Source: Pseudobdellovibrionaceae bacterium
Lineage (GTDB): Bacteria; Bdellovibrionota; Bdellovibrionia; Bdellovibrionales; UBA1609
NCBI GenBank assembly: GCA_023898385.1
Contig: CP060220.1
Location: 1,676,993-1,740,992 of the forward strand
Direction of reading: 5' to 3'
DNA length: 64,000 bases
Below, one piece after another: positions 27,248-36,463 of the stretch. A program made the position numbers and the translations under genes. The notes under the pieces are model-generated. The model did no database searches. It had not been told where the DNA came from and saw only the letters and a list, made by a program, of their open reading frames with translations. How positions within the stretch are numbered: position 1 is the stretch's first letter; every line of letters begins with the position of its first letter.

Positions 27248-28357
27248 TCAGGCGGCTCGGTAGCCACCGTATTCGCCCTCGGCTACGGTGAACTTGTTTC
27301 GACCTGAGTTTTTCGACTCATATAGGGCCGCATCGGCTCGCTTCATCCATTGGTCTACGGATTCACTGGATTGTAGCTGAGCAACCCCTACAGACACAGT
27401 AAATGACAGTTTCTGTCCGTCCTGCACAAACACTTCTCCCCTGACTTTTTCTAGAAGCTGCTGTGCCCGCTTCACGGCATGTTCGACCTTATGATCAGGC
27501 AGAATGACGGCAAATTCCTCACCACCGATTCGGGCCACAAAGTCGGCGTCGCGGTGAAAGAGAGCATGTAAAAGCTTAACCAGCTCGACTAAGACAAAGT
27601 CACCAATGGCGTGACCATAGGTATCGTTAAATTTTTTGAAGTGATCAATATCCAACATCAACAAGGATACGGAGTTCTGACTCAATTTGTGGAGCTTGTG
27701 ATGCTGCTGCATCTGCTCGTCAAAACTTTTTCTATTGTAAGCCGACGTTAAATGATCCAAACGCATATTTTGATTGGCTTCAACGAGCTGTTTCTTCACC
27801 AATGATAGATTATCTCTAATACCTTTTATCCGCTGCAAACGGCGCTCGTCTTTCTTAGTCTGATACTCAGTATAAAAATCTATAAACAAGCGAGATTGGG
27901 TCCGAAGAATGTCAATAGAGTTCGCCTCGACGGCCTCCTTGAGTTGGTCGAGACTGGATTTCACTTCGCTGTCCGCGCTTCTTTCGTAGCTCATATCTTC
28001 GCTCAGTTGATCGACAAAGTCCCAGATGATGCTACGAAAATCATCAAAGGTTTTTTGCATGTAGCTGACCTCGTCAATTCGGTAGCTTGAAAAAAACTGA
28101 CGAAATCGAAAAAGTACTCGCTCAAGATTGGCTTGATTGGGTTTAACCAATTCTTTCGCAAACTCATCAAGAGTCTCGCGCACCTTTCTCACTGGATGCT
28201 TATCCACTTCGATAAGGTGTTTATTTAGAATGTCGATGATATAAATCAAAGTAGCGCGCTCTTCATTCATTTCAACACTTACAGGACTGCCCCCCTCTGA
28301 GGTCTCGCGCCAGTCAAAATCAAATTGATCTATGAGTTTTTGCATCCACTGTTTCAA
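27248..28357 (-). CDS. diguanylate cyclase (GGDEF domain) with an N-terminal coiled-coil/sensor region
   Basis: RIGGEEFAVIL active site, upstream LTSAYNRKSFDE and DIDHFKKFNDTYGHAIGD. Confidence 0.88.
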   Translation of the reverse strand: MKQWMQKLIDQFDFDWRETSEGGSPVSVEMNEERATLIYIIDILNKHLIEVDKHPVRKVRETLDEFAKELVKPNQANLERVLFRFRQFFSSYRIDEVSYMQKTFDDFRSIIWDFVDQLSEDMSYERSADSEVKSSLDQLKEAVEANSIDILRTQSRLFIDFYTEYQTKKDERRLQRIKGIRDNLSLVKKQLVEANQNMRLDHLTSAYNRKSFDEQMQQHHKLHKLSQNSVSLLMLDIDHFKKFNDTYGHAIGDFVLVELVKLLHALFHRDADFVARIGGEEFAVILPDHKVEHAVKRAQQLLEKVRGEVFVQDGQKLSFTVSVGVAQLQSSESVDQWMKRADAALYESKNSGRNKFTVAEGEYGGYRAA

Positions 28358-28619
28358 AGGGCCCGCCTCCTGATTGTTGCTTCAAATCCCGTATCGGCGC
28401 CTCTTTTGAGAAATTCAACTGGACCTTAGGGGCACAACCAGTTCACCCCCCGGCATTGCCTTTACATACCGCATCGAATCGAGAAAAAATCACCGTAATT
28501 GATTTCTTAAATGGACAATTGCCAAATCCTATCTAAATTCTATAGCCCCCTTTGTCCGTCGGCTCTAGGGGAAGAGGCTAGACCTCTTTTTGATTTATAA
28601 ACCAAACTCAGGAGAGTTC

Positions 28620-29585
28620 ATGGGACCGATTAGCCAGTTTATTGAAAGTCACTACCACCATTTTAATGCGGCATCTCTTAAACAAGCCGCTCAAGGCTAC
28701 AAGGTTCACGTTGAGTCTGGAAAAAAAATGTTTGTGACCCTTGCCGGTGCCATGAGCACGGCCGAGCTCGGCCGAAGTCTGGCCGAGATGATTCGCCAGG
28801 GCAAAGTCCATGGTATCTCATGCACAGGAGCGAATCTAGAAGAAGACGTGTTTAATTTAGTGGCCCACTCCCACTACGAACTGATTCCCAACTATCGAAA
28901 CCTCTCCGACCAAGCCGAATGGGATTTGAATCAACGCCACCTCAATCGCGTGACGGATACTTGCATCCCTGAACACGAAGCTATTCGTCGAATCGAAGGA
29001 CACATTTTAGAGATGTGGATAGACGCCTCTAACAAGGGCGAAAGCTTTTTTCCGCACCAATATTTTTATAAAGTGCTTCTGGAAGGTAAGCTCAAAGACC
29101 AATATGAAATTGACCCTAAAAACAGTTGGCTATTGGCGGCCGCCGAAGCCAATTTGCCTATTTTTGTTCCGGGCTGGGAAGATTCAACTCTAGGAAACAT
29201 CTTTGCCGCCCGAATAATGGAAGGGCAAATCAAACCCTCTTGCATGAAAACCGGCATAGACTACATGATCGAACTGGCCAAGTGGTACCCTGAAGCCGCT
29301 GGCAATAGTGGCATTGGTTTTTTTCAAATCGGTGGCGGAATAGCCGGAGACTTTCCTATTTGCGTAGTTCCTATGCTTGAACAAGATATGGAAGTAAAAA
29401 CTCCGCGGTGGAGCTACTTCTGCCAAATCAGTGATTCAACCACGAGCTATGGCTCTTATTCTGGCGCCGTACCCAATGAAAAGATCTCCTGGGGCAAACT
29501 AGATATGGATACACCGAAGTTTATAGTCGAATCCGACGCATCAATTGTGGCACCACTGGTTTTTGCCTACGTGCTCGGCTGGTAG
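28620..29585 (+). CDS. deoxyhypusine synthase-like protein
   Basis: ISCTGANLEEDVFNLV matches the TTAGGVEEDLIK region of DHS. About 320 aa. AGGAGA lies 5 nt before ATG 28620. Confidence 0.75.
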   Translation: MGPISQFIESHYHHFNAASLKQAAQGYKVHVESGKKMFVTLAGAMSTAELGRSLAEMIRQGKVHGISCTGANLEEDVFNLVAHSHYELIPNYRNLSDQAEWDLNQRHLNRVTDTCIPEHEAIRRIEGHILEMWIDASNKGESFFPHQYFYKVLLEGKLKDQYEIDPKNSWLLAAAEANLPIFVPGWEDSTLGNIFAARIMEGQIKPSCMKTGIDYMIELAKWYPEAAGNSGIGFFQIGGGIAGDFPICVVPMLEQDMEVKTPRWSYFCQISDSTTSYGSYSGAVPNEKISWGKLDMDTPKFIVESDASIVAPLVFAYVLGW

Positions 29586-29607
29586 TAAAAAATCGCTACG
29601 GTTCAAT

Positions 29608-29631
29608 GCGAGTCAGGTGGACCTGACTCGC
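29608..29631. terminator. 10-bp GC-rich hairpin between convergent genes
   Basis: GCGAGTCAGG-TGGA-CCTGACTCGC, a perfect stem. There is no clear U-tract on either side. Confidence 0.45.
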
Positions 29632-29656
29632 TCCCCGTCGTGCTGATAAAAACAAT

Positions 29657-30070
29657 CTAAGACACCACAGTAAGCATGAGATTTCGAATGTGGGGCTGAT
29701 CGCGGTGCTCCCAAAGGTATATGCCCTGCCAACTTCCTAGCGCCAGTTTGTTTTGATGGATCGGCACATAAAGACTTGTCGCCGTAATTGATGACTTCAT
29801 ATGTGAAGTTGTATCATCTGGCCCCTCAGTCGTGTGCCGATGCCAATCTTGATCTCGCGGAACAATGCGTTCGATAAATTCCTCAAGGTCGGCCTGCGCT
29901 GTTTGATCGGCATTTTCTTGAATGACCAGCGAGGCTGAGGTGTGCTGTACAAAAATGTTTAACAAGCCCGTTTCTGGCAAATCCCCTTTAAGGGCCCCAT
30001 TCACAATTTCAGTTATATGGTAGAGACCTCGTCCATCCGTCGGTACCTCCACACGCGTTTGAAACACCAT
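29657..30070 (-). CDS. YjbQ/UPF0047 family protein (secondary thiamine-phosphate synthase type)
   Basis: HTSASLVIQENADQ, GPDDTTSHMKSS and LGSWQGIYLWEHR are family hallmarks. Start taken at MVFQT. Confidence 0.85.
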   Translation of the reverse strand: MVFQTRVEVPTDGRGLYHITEIVNGALKGDLPETGLLNIFVQHTSASLVIQENADQTAQADLEEFIERIVPRDQDWHRHTTEGPDDTTSHMKSSITATSLYVPIHQNKLALGSWQGIYLWEHRDQPHIRNLMLTVVS

Positions 30071-30215
30071 AGACACCTCCAAAACCTTGCCAATTCAGGC
30101 CTTTAGAACCCTCTCCTACCACGAATGCCCGCTCAAATCCATATCCGCCGGAGAAAGTATCTGGTCTAATTGTCCCTTGCCCCCTGCGGCAATTCATACT
30201 AAACGCAGTGGAACC

Positions 30216-30776
30216 ATGATTCAAAAAATTGCTATTCGCCTTCTTTTTCTGGGGGCTGCTTTTGCCATTAGTATCCTTGCTTTTGCTGAAACTCCTCCAG
30301 CCGAAATTTCAGGGCGCGACCTCGTCACAGGAAAAGATTTTCACTTTGATATCAAACAAAAACCGACGGCTTTGGTATTTTTGTCGGCCCGCTGCCCTTG
30401 TTCAAATAGCCACATTGAGCACATTAATAAATTGGCAAAACAACACCCCTCTGTGCAGTTTGTGGGTGTTCATTCCAATCAAAATGAGTCCGTCTCTGAA
30501 TCCCATGCTTATTTTTCAAAATATCACCTATCGTTTCCTGTCATTCATGATAACGATGCCGCTTTAGCCAATGCCGTCGGGGCTTTGAAAACGCCCCACG
30601 TGTTTGTGTACGATACGACGTTGACTCTACGGTATCGCGGCGGCGTAACCAGCTCTAGCCAAATGGAGAAGGCAAAAAAACTTCACCTTTCTGATTTTTT
30701 ATCTGAATTTGAACGTGGTTCAGCAACTTTGCTCACCGAAGTTCGATCGTTGGGCTGTTATATCAAAAGAAAGTAG
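30216..30776 (+). CDS. exported thioredoxin-fold (TlpA/redoxin-like) protein with a CPCS motif
   Basis: Signal peptide after Met 30216. LVFLSARCPCSNSH matches the position of the thioredoxin CxxC motif, here CxC/CxxS. Confidence 0.65.
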   Translation: MIQKIAIRLLFLGAAFAISILAFAETPPAEISGRDLVTGKDFHFDIKQKPTALVFLSARCPCSNSHIEHINKLAKQHPSVQFVGVHSNQNESVSESHAYFSKYHLSFPVIHDNDAALANAVGALKTPHVFVYDTTLTLRYRGGVTSSSQMEKAKKLHLSDFLSEFERGSATLLTEVRSLGCYIKRK

Positions 30777-30784
30777 GTCAAAAT

Positions 30785-31234
30785 ATGAAGGGGTTTTTCG
30801 TACTGATCGGAATACTTGCGCTTGCTATTAGCGGCTGCCAGGCAAAAGCACCAGTTCAACCCACAAAAACACCGATTTCTGTGAACCAAACATGCGCTTT
30901 GTTTTTTTCAAACTCAGGTTTGTGTGCTGAACTCACCTGGATTGAAAAACCACAGGGGCCGACCAAAGCCACTTTCGAAATTCGCTTTTTTCAGTCGAGC
31001 GATCCTCAACAATTGACCACTTCAATCAACTACAACGTAAATGTTGAATTCCTTATGCCTTCCATGGGGCATGGGTTAGGATCTAGGCCCTTTACAATGA
31101 CTGAAACATCTCCTGGCCTATTCACTGTCACTGATGTTTACTTTTCCATGCCCGGCGACTGGGAAATCACCATTTTATTGATTTCAAACGAACAACAGAT
31201 TGTAGATCAGTCTACCTATGCGTTTATTCTTTAA
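30785..31234 (+). CDS. lipoprotein, YtkA/FixH-like domain (tentative), with a Met/His motif
   Basis: Lipobox AISGC, MPSMGHGLGS motif, and C-terminal MPGDWEITILL. Confidence 0.5.
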   Translation: MKGFFVLIGILALAISGCQAKAPVQPTKTPISVNQTCALFFSNSGLCAELTWIEKPQGPTKATFEIRFFQSSDPQQLTTSINYNVNVEFLMPSMGHGLGSRPFTMTETSPGLFTVTDVYFSMPGDWEITILLISNEQQIVDQSTYAFIL

Positions 31235-32111
31235 GCTTTTACTGATTTTTGCTTCATCCTGTGTGGCAAGCCCTGCATGGTCCGCCTCGTGTTGTGGTGG
31301 CGGCACGAGCTTTCCATCCCTTATCAGTGGCGATTTTGAGTGGCAGTTTTCATCATCCCTCTCTTCATCACAGGTGCTTGCAGACTCGAACATCAGCGGA
31401 ACCACAATTGCCCGTACGGATGATTTTCGTTTGTCATCAAACACTTTGAGCCTAATGGGAAGTTATTTGCTATCGGATCTTTGGCAAGTGGGAATAGTTT
31501 TGCCCGTCACTGAAAACTCGTACAAAGCGTCAACTCATAAACACTATTCATTGGGTGACACTGAAGTTTTTCTTGGTTACGAAGCCCTTCCTGAAACGAC
31601 ATTTTCTCTTTGGAAACCGAGAGCCATTGTTTACCTGCGTATGATTTTGCCCACAGGCCTTTCCATTTACGATTCGGTCAACCCCCTTGAACAGCCTGCA
31701 ACAGGACGAGGATTTTTCACTCCAAGCATGGGGGTTTTTATTTTTAAAACCTGGTCGCACTGGGACCTTCAAGCACTTGCGGCCATTGAGACACCCCTTG
31801 AGCAAAGGTTTAATGAAATTCTGTATCGTCCCCAGTGGAATTATCGCGGATTGATCGGCGCCGGCTATAGCTTTGCCAAGGGACTTCGAATCGGAGCAAG
31901 TGTGGCCCCTTCCTATGTGGGTGGTGTTGAAGTTCCATCACACCATGCCACTTCTAGCTCTTATTTTGATACATCAATAGTAACAAGCTTTATGCCCAAC
32001 CCCAGTTGGTTATTTAGCGCGAGTTACACGGATCAGACCCTACTTCCCTCTTGGAACCAACCCCTGAGCCAGACCTTTAGCCTATTCATACAAAGACGAA
32101 CGATGCTGTAG
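31218..32111 (+). CDS. outer-membrane barrel-like protein with vicinal cysteines at the mature N-terminus
   Basis: Signal peptide ...SPAWS-AS, then SCCGGGTSFPS. The protein is rich in beta strands, and LGDTEVFLGY resembles MetA-pathway/OMP transporter motifs. The family call is tentative. Confidence 0.5.
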   Translation: MRLFFKLLLIFASSCVASPAWSASCCGGGTSFPSLISGDFEWQFSSSLSSSQVLADSNISGTTIARTDDFRLSSNTLSLMGSYLLSDLWQVGIVLPVTENSYKASTHKHYSLGDTEVFLGYEALPETTFSLWKPRAIVYLRMILPTGLSIYDSVNPLEQPATGRGFFTPSMGVFIFKTWSHWDLQALAAIETPLEQRFNEILYRPQWNYRGLIGAGYSFAKGLRIGASVAPSYVGGVEVPSHHATSSSYFDTSIVTSFMPNPSWLFSASYTDQTLLPSWNQPLSQTFSLFIQRRTML

Positions 32112-32200
32112 GCAACATTTTCCCAGTCACGCGCCTAGAACTTTTTTGAAACAAAACTAACTGTGCCCCTCTTGGCGGCTTTATTCGTAAAATAATATAG

Positions 32201-32851
32201 ATGCCAGGTGCTATCTTGAAACGGAATATTTCTATATATGTCCTTTGGATATCTGTGGCTGTTCTTGCCGGAATAGCTTCGCCTGCTTTTGCCCAAAATC
32301 AACAACAAAAGGCTGGAGACTCGCTACAGAGTCGTGTGATTTTCTCACCGGGTTTTTTTATTCGCGATGAATATAAGAAAATGTCTGAGACCACGTACCA
32401 ACAAATCATGATGTGGGATGTACACCTGGGCTATCAGTTTAGCCAACGTTGGTATCTCGGAATGATGTATAGCTACGAGAGAGAGAGGGTGAACGCCGTA
32501 GATTACCCCATCGATGATATCTCGACGAAATACGAATACTCTCGAAGCGCCTATGGCGTCAGCGGCGGTTATATTTATTATTCCTACTACACCCGCCTTC
32601 ACTACCTGTTCAATGCCGAATGGCAAGTGGACGAAAACAACGAGTCACTCACCTATGGTGATGGCTGGGGCATCCAAGCTGATGTAGGAATCAATTTTGA
32701 GTTATTTGGTTTTTTTCTGCTCGGGCCAAAACTTTCTTTTAAGCACATGGTGTACACTTCCCTCAAGCAAGCCACGGGCACATCACAACTGAGCCACGAT
32801 CTTATAAAACAAACTTGGGATCCCTATTTTAACATTTGGGTGGAGTTTTGA
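32201..32851 (+). CDS. small outer-membrane beta-barrel protein
   Basis: Signal peptide (SPAFA-QNQ), alternating aromatic strands, and a C-terminal ...NIWVEF (terminal Phe). Confidence 0.55.
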   Translation: MPGAILKRNISIYVLWISVAVLAGIASPAFAQNQQQKAGDSLQSRVIFSPGFFIRDEYKKMSETTYQQIMMWDVHLGYQFSQRWYLGMMYSYERERVNAVDYPIDDISTKYEYSRSAYGVSGGYIYYSYYTRLHYLFNAEWQVDENNESLTYGDGWGIQADVGINFELFGFFLLGPKLSFKHMVYTSLKQATGTSQLSHDLIKQTWDPYFNIWVEF

Positions 32852-34455
32852 TGGCGGCTCTAATATCAGGACTCCTATTAGTTTTGATTGTGGGATGTGG
32901 ACAGTTCCCTACCGATACGGGTCTTCGGGCGTCGAATGCTCTTTGTAGCGGAGTTAACCCCGTAAAACCCCTTCCTGGCCTGCCAACACTTTTGAACAAC
33001 ATTTTTTATCCCATGGCGGGAATCCAAGACCCCAGCGAAGACTGTGACTTCACCTATCGGCGTACCATCACGTTAGATACTGCCACAGATCAAGACGACA
33101 AACAGGTGAAAATCATAATTGATAGCTCCAACTTTGATTACGCCAATGCACTCAGTGATGGTGCGGACCTTCGCTTTTTGGATCAGTCGTATAATATCTT
33201 CGATCATTGGATCGAAGTTTGGGACACCACGGGTACCTCTATCGTCTGGGTGAGAGTTCCAACGTCTGGCACAGATGAGTTTTTCATGCACTACGGAAAC
33301 ACATCTGCCACCGATGCATCTGATGCAGGTGCCACTTTTAGCTACACCTCAGCCCGCGCCATTTATTGGGAACTGCAAAACAGTGGGACGCACACAAAAA
33401 GTATGGCCAGTTATAGCCAAGCCAATACGGTCACGGTGCAAACATCAGGTGGCCCATCCACTGTGGTCATTGGCAAAAACTCTGTGGGTGCCGTGGCCAG
33501 CGCCATTCAAGGCGCGATCAGTGTTACTGGCGCCATTTCCGGCCGAGCTTTAGATAGCGGTGGTGGTCGCGATACCATTTCTGCACTCACTTTGCGTGGC
33601 CAGATCTTTGGCTATCCCATCTCTCGGGGAACAGATCGCTGGGAAATTCTAAACCCCGGCACCGCAGATGCAAACATCTCGATTACAAATTACAACGGCT
33701 CTGGCGGACTTCTTGGCACAACCAACACGGTCATCACCGCAGGGCAATTGTTAGAAGTCGCAGCTGACGTGACCTTCGGAATTTTAGAGAGTGATCAAAA
33801 TATTCTTGCAGGGTACTCCGTCAATAATGCCACGGACGGAATGACACTGGTACCAGCCTCTACTCAACTCGTAGGGGTTAACTCAAACACGGGATCTCTG
33901 GGTGTGACCCAGGACGGGACCACCGGCACTATTTACTATAGCACGGGAGCCATTGTTCCCTTCTCAGGAGATCGCGGTGACAGTATCACAGTCAATGTTG
34001 GTACTGCCACTCAGGGGCAGGCGGCAGCAGTGAATATCATTGCCAATCAACCCATTGTGGCCGTCGCCCAGGCCGACTCGGATGGAAGCGACACCTGCAG
34101 TTTTTGGCCCCCCTCAGAGTTTAGCCGCGACTATGTGTTACCCGCAGATAGCCAATATATCGCAGCCGCAACTCTCTATGACAGCACCATCACTGTGTAT
34201 AATGCCGACACCACCGTTTATGGAAGCTGTACGGCCACCTCTGATGGACTCACGCCGCACAAATGTTGGTTTGGGCGCACAGGCTCGGGAATAGAATTCA
34301 ACGCCGGTACACGAATTTCTTCAGATAAACCCTTTTACATTTATTACGAGTACTCCGACCAAGATGAAACAAATATACTTGGTCCCAAGCAGGGGCGGCT
34401 TCTTTCAGACATTGAGCCCGTAGCCACTGTGGGGCCCGAGTATGAGGTCTATTAA
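32851..34455 (+). CDS. DUF2341-domain lipoprotein
   Basis: The start overlaps the preceding stop (TGATG). Lipobox LIVGC. FTYRRTITLD...GADLRFLDQ...WIEVWD...VWVRVP...FFMHYGN matches the DUF2341 pattern. Confidence 0.7.
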   Translation: MAALISGLLLVLIVGCGQFPTDTGLRASNALCSGVNPVKPLPGLPTLLNNIFYPMAGIQDPSEDCDFTYRRTITLDTATDQDDKQVKIIIDSSNFDYANALSDGADLRFLDQSYNIFDHWIEVWDTTGTSIVWVRVPTSGTDEFFMHYGNTSATDASDAGATFSYTSARAIYWELQNSGTHTKSMASYSQANTVTVQTSGGPSTVVIGKNSVGAVASAIQGAISVTGAISGRALDSGGGRDTISALTLRGQIFGYPISRGTDRWEILNPGTADANISITNYNGSGGLLGTTNTVITAGQLLEVAADVTFGILESDQNILAGYSVNNATDGMTLVPASTQLVGVNSNTGSLGVTQDGTTGTIYYSTGAIVPFSGDRGDSITVNVGTATQGQAAAVNIIANQPIVAVAQADSDGSDTCSFWPPSEFSRDYVLPADSQYIAAATLYDSTITVYNADTTVYGSCTATSDGLTPHKCWFGRTGSGIEFNAGTRISSDKPFYIYYEYSDQDETNILGPKQGRLLSDIEPVATVGPEYEVY

Positions 34456-34583
34456 CGAGTCTCTGTCTGTCTGAAGGGGTCCGTGGTACTTGTCGCATTG
34501 CATTTAGCCCTTAACAATTCAATTTCCGTTGTCTATAACCGCTGGGCCAGTCCATTTTTGATCGGCACCCAAAGGAGGGTTCC

Positions 34584-35123
34584 ATGGTTCGAAGTCAAGC
34601 GTGGTTAAAATTAGATAGCTGCTCGATTGTGACTCATTTAGCAGTCATCGGTCTCGGCGTGGTTTTTGTCAGTGCCCTGGCACAAGTTAAAATATTTCTT
34701 CCATGGACTCCCGTGCCCATCACCGGCCAAACTTTTGGGGTTTTGAGCCTTGCCCTCTTGCTGGGGCGAAAAAATGCCCTCATCACAACGGGTCTCTATT
34801 TGTTGGCTGGCTTTTTGGGTGCGCCCATATTTGCTGGTGGTGTGGGTGGCTTTTCCGTCGGCCCCACCTTTGGATATTTAGTGGGCATGTTGGCCGCTTC
34901 TATTGTTGTGGGAACACTGGCCGACCGCGGATGGAGTTCTCGCTTTAGCACAGCTCTTGTGGCTACTCTGGTAGGGCACCTTTTGATTTTTGGTTTTGGA
35001 CTTTTGGTGCTAAGCTATTTTGTACCCCGCAGTCATTTGCTTGGTGCGGGTCTATGGCCATTTTTGCCCGGAGCAGGAGTGAAGTCGCTGCTAGCTGCTT
35101 TGATTGTTTCTAGATTTCGTTAA
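34584..35123 (+). CDS. bioY: biotin transporter BioY
   Basis: LPWTPVPITGQTFGVL motif, about 5-6 TM segments, 179 aa. AAGGAGGG precedes the ATG. Confidence 0.85.
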   Translation: MVRSQAWLKLDSCSIVTHLAVIGLGVVFVSALAQVKIFLPWTPVPITGQTFGVLSLALLLGRKNALITTGLYLLAGFLGAPIFAGGVGGFSVGPTFGYLVGMLAASIVVGTLADRGWSSRFSTALVATLVGHLLIFGFGLLVLSYFVPRSHLLGAGLWPFLPGAGVKSLLAALIVSRFR

Positions 35124-35228
35124 TCTATTTTCTAGACTGGGTTATTGATTAAATGGCCCAGCTAAAAGGCGTTGTTTGTCTTACCGGCTTGTCTCTGCGT
35201 TCAAAACAGTGTTAACTTGAAAGCATAT

Positions 35229-35774
35229 ATGGCCATTTCCTTACAAAGTATTTTAGATCAAATAATTAATGGCTCCATATCAATGAGCCAGGTCGACCCA
35301 ATTACGGATCAAACTCTATTTGACCTTATGGCCAGCTTAAACATCAAAAGTCAGGATCTTCTCATTGTCCTTGAAGAACTTTTAATGAACTCGATGGAGC
35401 ATGGCAACAGTTCACCTACTTTTTTTTATTCAACGGGCGAGGTGTTGTTTTTCGTCCTACGTGATAAGGGAATGGGCATCCATGAAAATATCCCTCAGAA
35501 CCCGAGACTGAGTGATACCAAGGGTAAATCTACGACTTCCATTCTAAGACTCGCGTTGGAAGAAGGCATCACTGGCACGGGAACTGTAGGACGAGGTATG
35601 GGTCTTTTTTATCTATCAAAATTTGTGTCTGAACATGACGCCGAGGCCATTGTTGCGAGTAACCAAGGGTACATTCACCAAAATCGACATCAGTTTTTAG
35701 AACACACGACAGCAAACGATACGGGTGGCACTATCGTTATACTGAAGGTAAAGGCGTCTGAGGTGGGACTGTGA
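35229..35774 (+). CDS. small GHKL-type ATPase (RsbW/SpoIIAB-like)
   Basis: N-box LLMNSMEHGN, G1 RDKGMGI, G2 GTGTVGRGMGLFYLSKF. Start taken at MAISLQ. The stop overlaps the next gene's start. Confidence 0.65.
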   Translation: MAISLQSILDQIINGSISMSQVDPITDQTLFDLMASLNIKSQDLLIVLEELLMNSMEHGNSSPTFFYSTGEVLFFVLRDKGMGIHENIPQNPRLSDTKGKSTTSILRLALEEGITGTGTVGRGMGLFYLSKFVSEHDAEAIVASNQGYIHQNRHQFLEHTTANDTGGTIVILKVKASEVGL

Positions 35775-36061
35775 AGATTCGACTGGTTGAAATTGGTGGT
35801 GAATTTTGCACGTCTAGACGATCGCCAGCTCTGGAAAAACTCCGAGCTCTGACAAAGGAATGCCTTGATAAAGGAGAGTACCTTGAAATCTTAACCGAAG
35901 GAGTAAAGATACTGACACCCTCCTTCATAGACGAATGGATTCCGCCGCTGATCATCGAATATGGGGAAGAAACATATCAAAAATTTATTCGTTTTGAGCC
36001 TGCGCTAGAAGGTTATTTAAAAGAGCAGGTTCAAAGAGGTGTCGCTGCCCGATTACCCTAA
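35771..36061 (+). CDS. STAS-like DUF4325 protein
   Basis: 96 aa. The start overlaps the ATPase stop (GTGA). The pattern ...EYLEILTEGVKILTPSFIDEW... is typical of DUF4325, though this call rests on my memory of the family. Confidence 0.5.
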   Translation: MKIRLVEIGGEFCTSRRSPALEKLRALTKECLDKGEYLEILTEGVKILTPSFIDEWIPPLIIEYGEETYQKFIRFEPALEGYLKEQVQRGVAARLP

Positions 36062-36166
36062 GTCCCTGAATAGGAATTTGCTCGGCGGCGCAAGGTCTCT
36101 ATACTTAAAAGTAGTGAATTTGGTTTTGCTCACAGATTTATGGTCCTCTTTCAAGGTCGAAAATTT
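36053..36166 (-). pseudogene. start-less duplicated fragment of the C-terminus of the adjacent 90-aa gene
   Basis: The minus-strand translation LKEDHKSVSKTKFTTFKYRDLAPPSKF aligns with LQQDHAFEGKSKIINFKYRDLAPVSGK of 36173..36445. By hand alignment the two DNA copies are about 70% identical, offset by about 107 nt. The frame has a TAG immediately upstream and no ATG. Confidence 0.5.
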
Positions 36167-36172
36167 TAGACG

Positions 36173-36445
36173 CTAGATTTTTTTACCAGAAACCGGTGCA
36201 AGATCTCTGTACTTGAAATTAATGATCTTGGATTTCCCTTCAAAAGCATGGTCCTGCTGCAAGGCTACCCTAAAACCATCAATGGCCTGGATTTCCTGTA
36301 AGCCATCCACGTGCATTCGTTTGGCCTTAAACTCTTCGTGCGTTTTGATTTTAGATCTAGCTTCTGCAAAAGACTCTGCTGCTACAAAAAAAATTAGCAT
36401 GTGATTCATATAGGCCATCACACACATCCTGATCGTAAAAACCAC
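36173..36445 (-). CDS. small protein, possibly DUF1543-like
   Basis: 90-aa ORF. ...FVAAESFAEARSKIK...HVDGLQEIQAIDGFRV resembles DUF1543, but the recognition is weak. Confidence 0.4.
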   Translation of the reverse strand: MVFTIRMCVMAYMNHMLIFFVAAESFAEARSKIKTHEEFKAKRMHVDGLQEIQAIDGFRVALQQDHAFEGKSKIINFKYRDLAPVSGKKI

Positions 36446-36463
36446 AATGGACTAAATAGAGAT

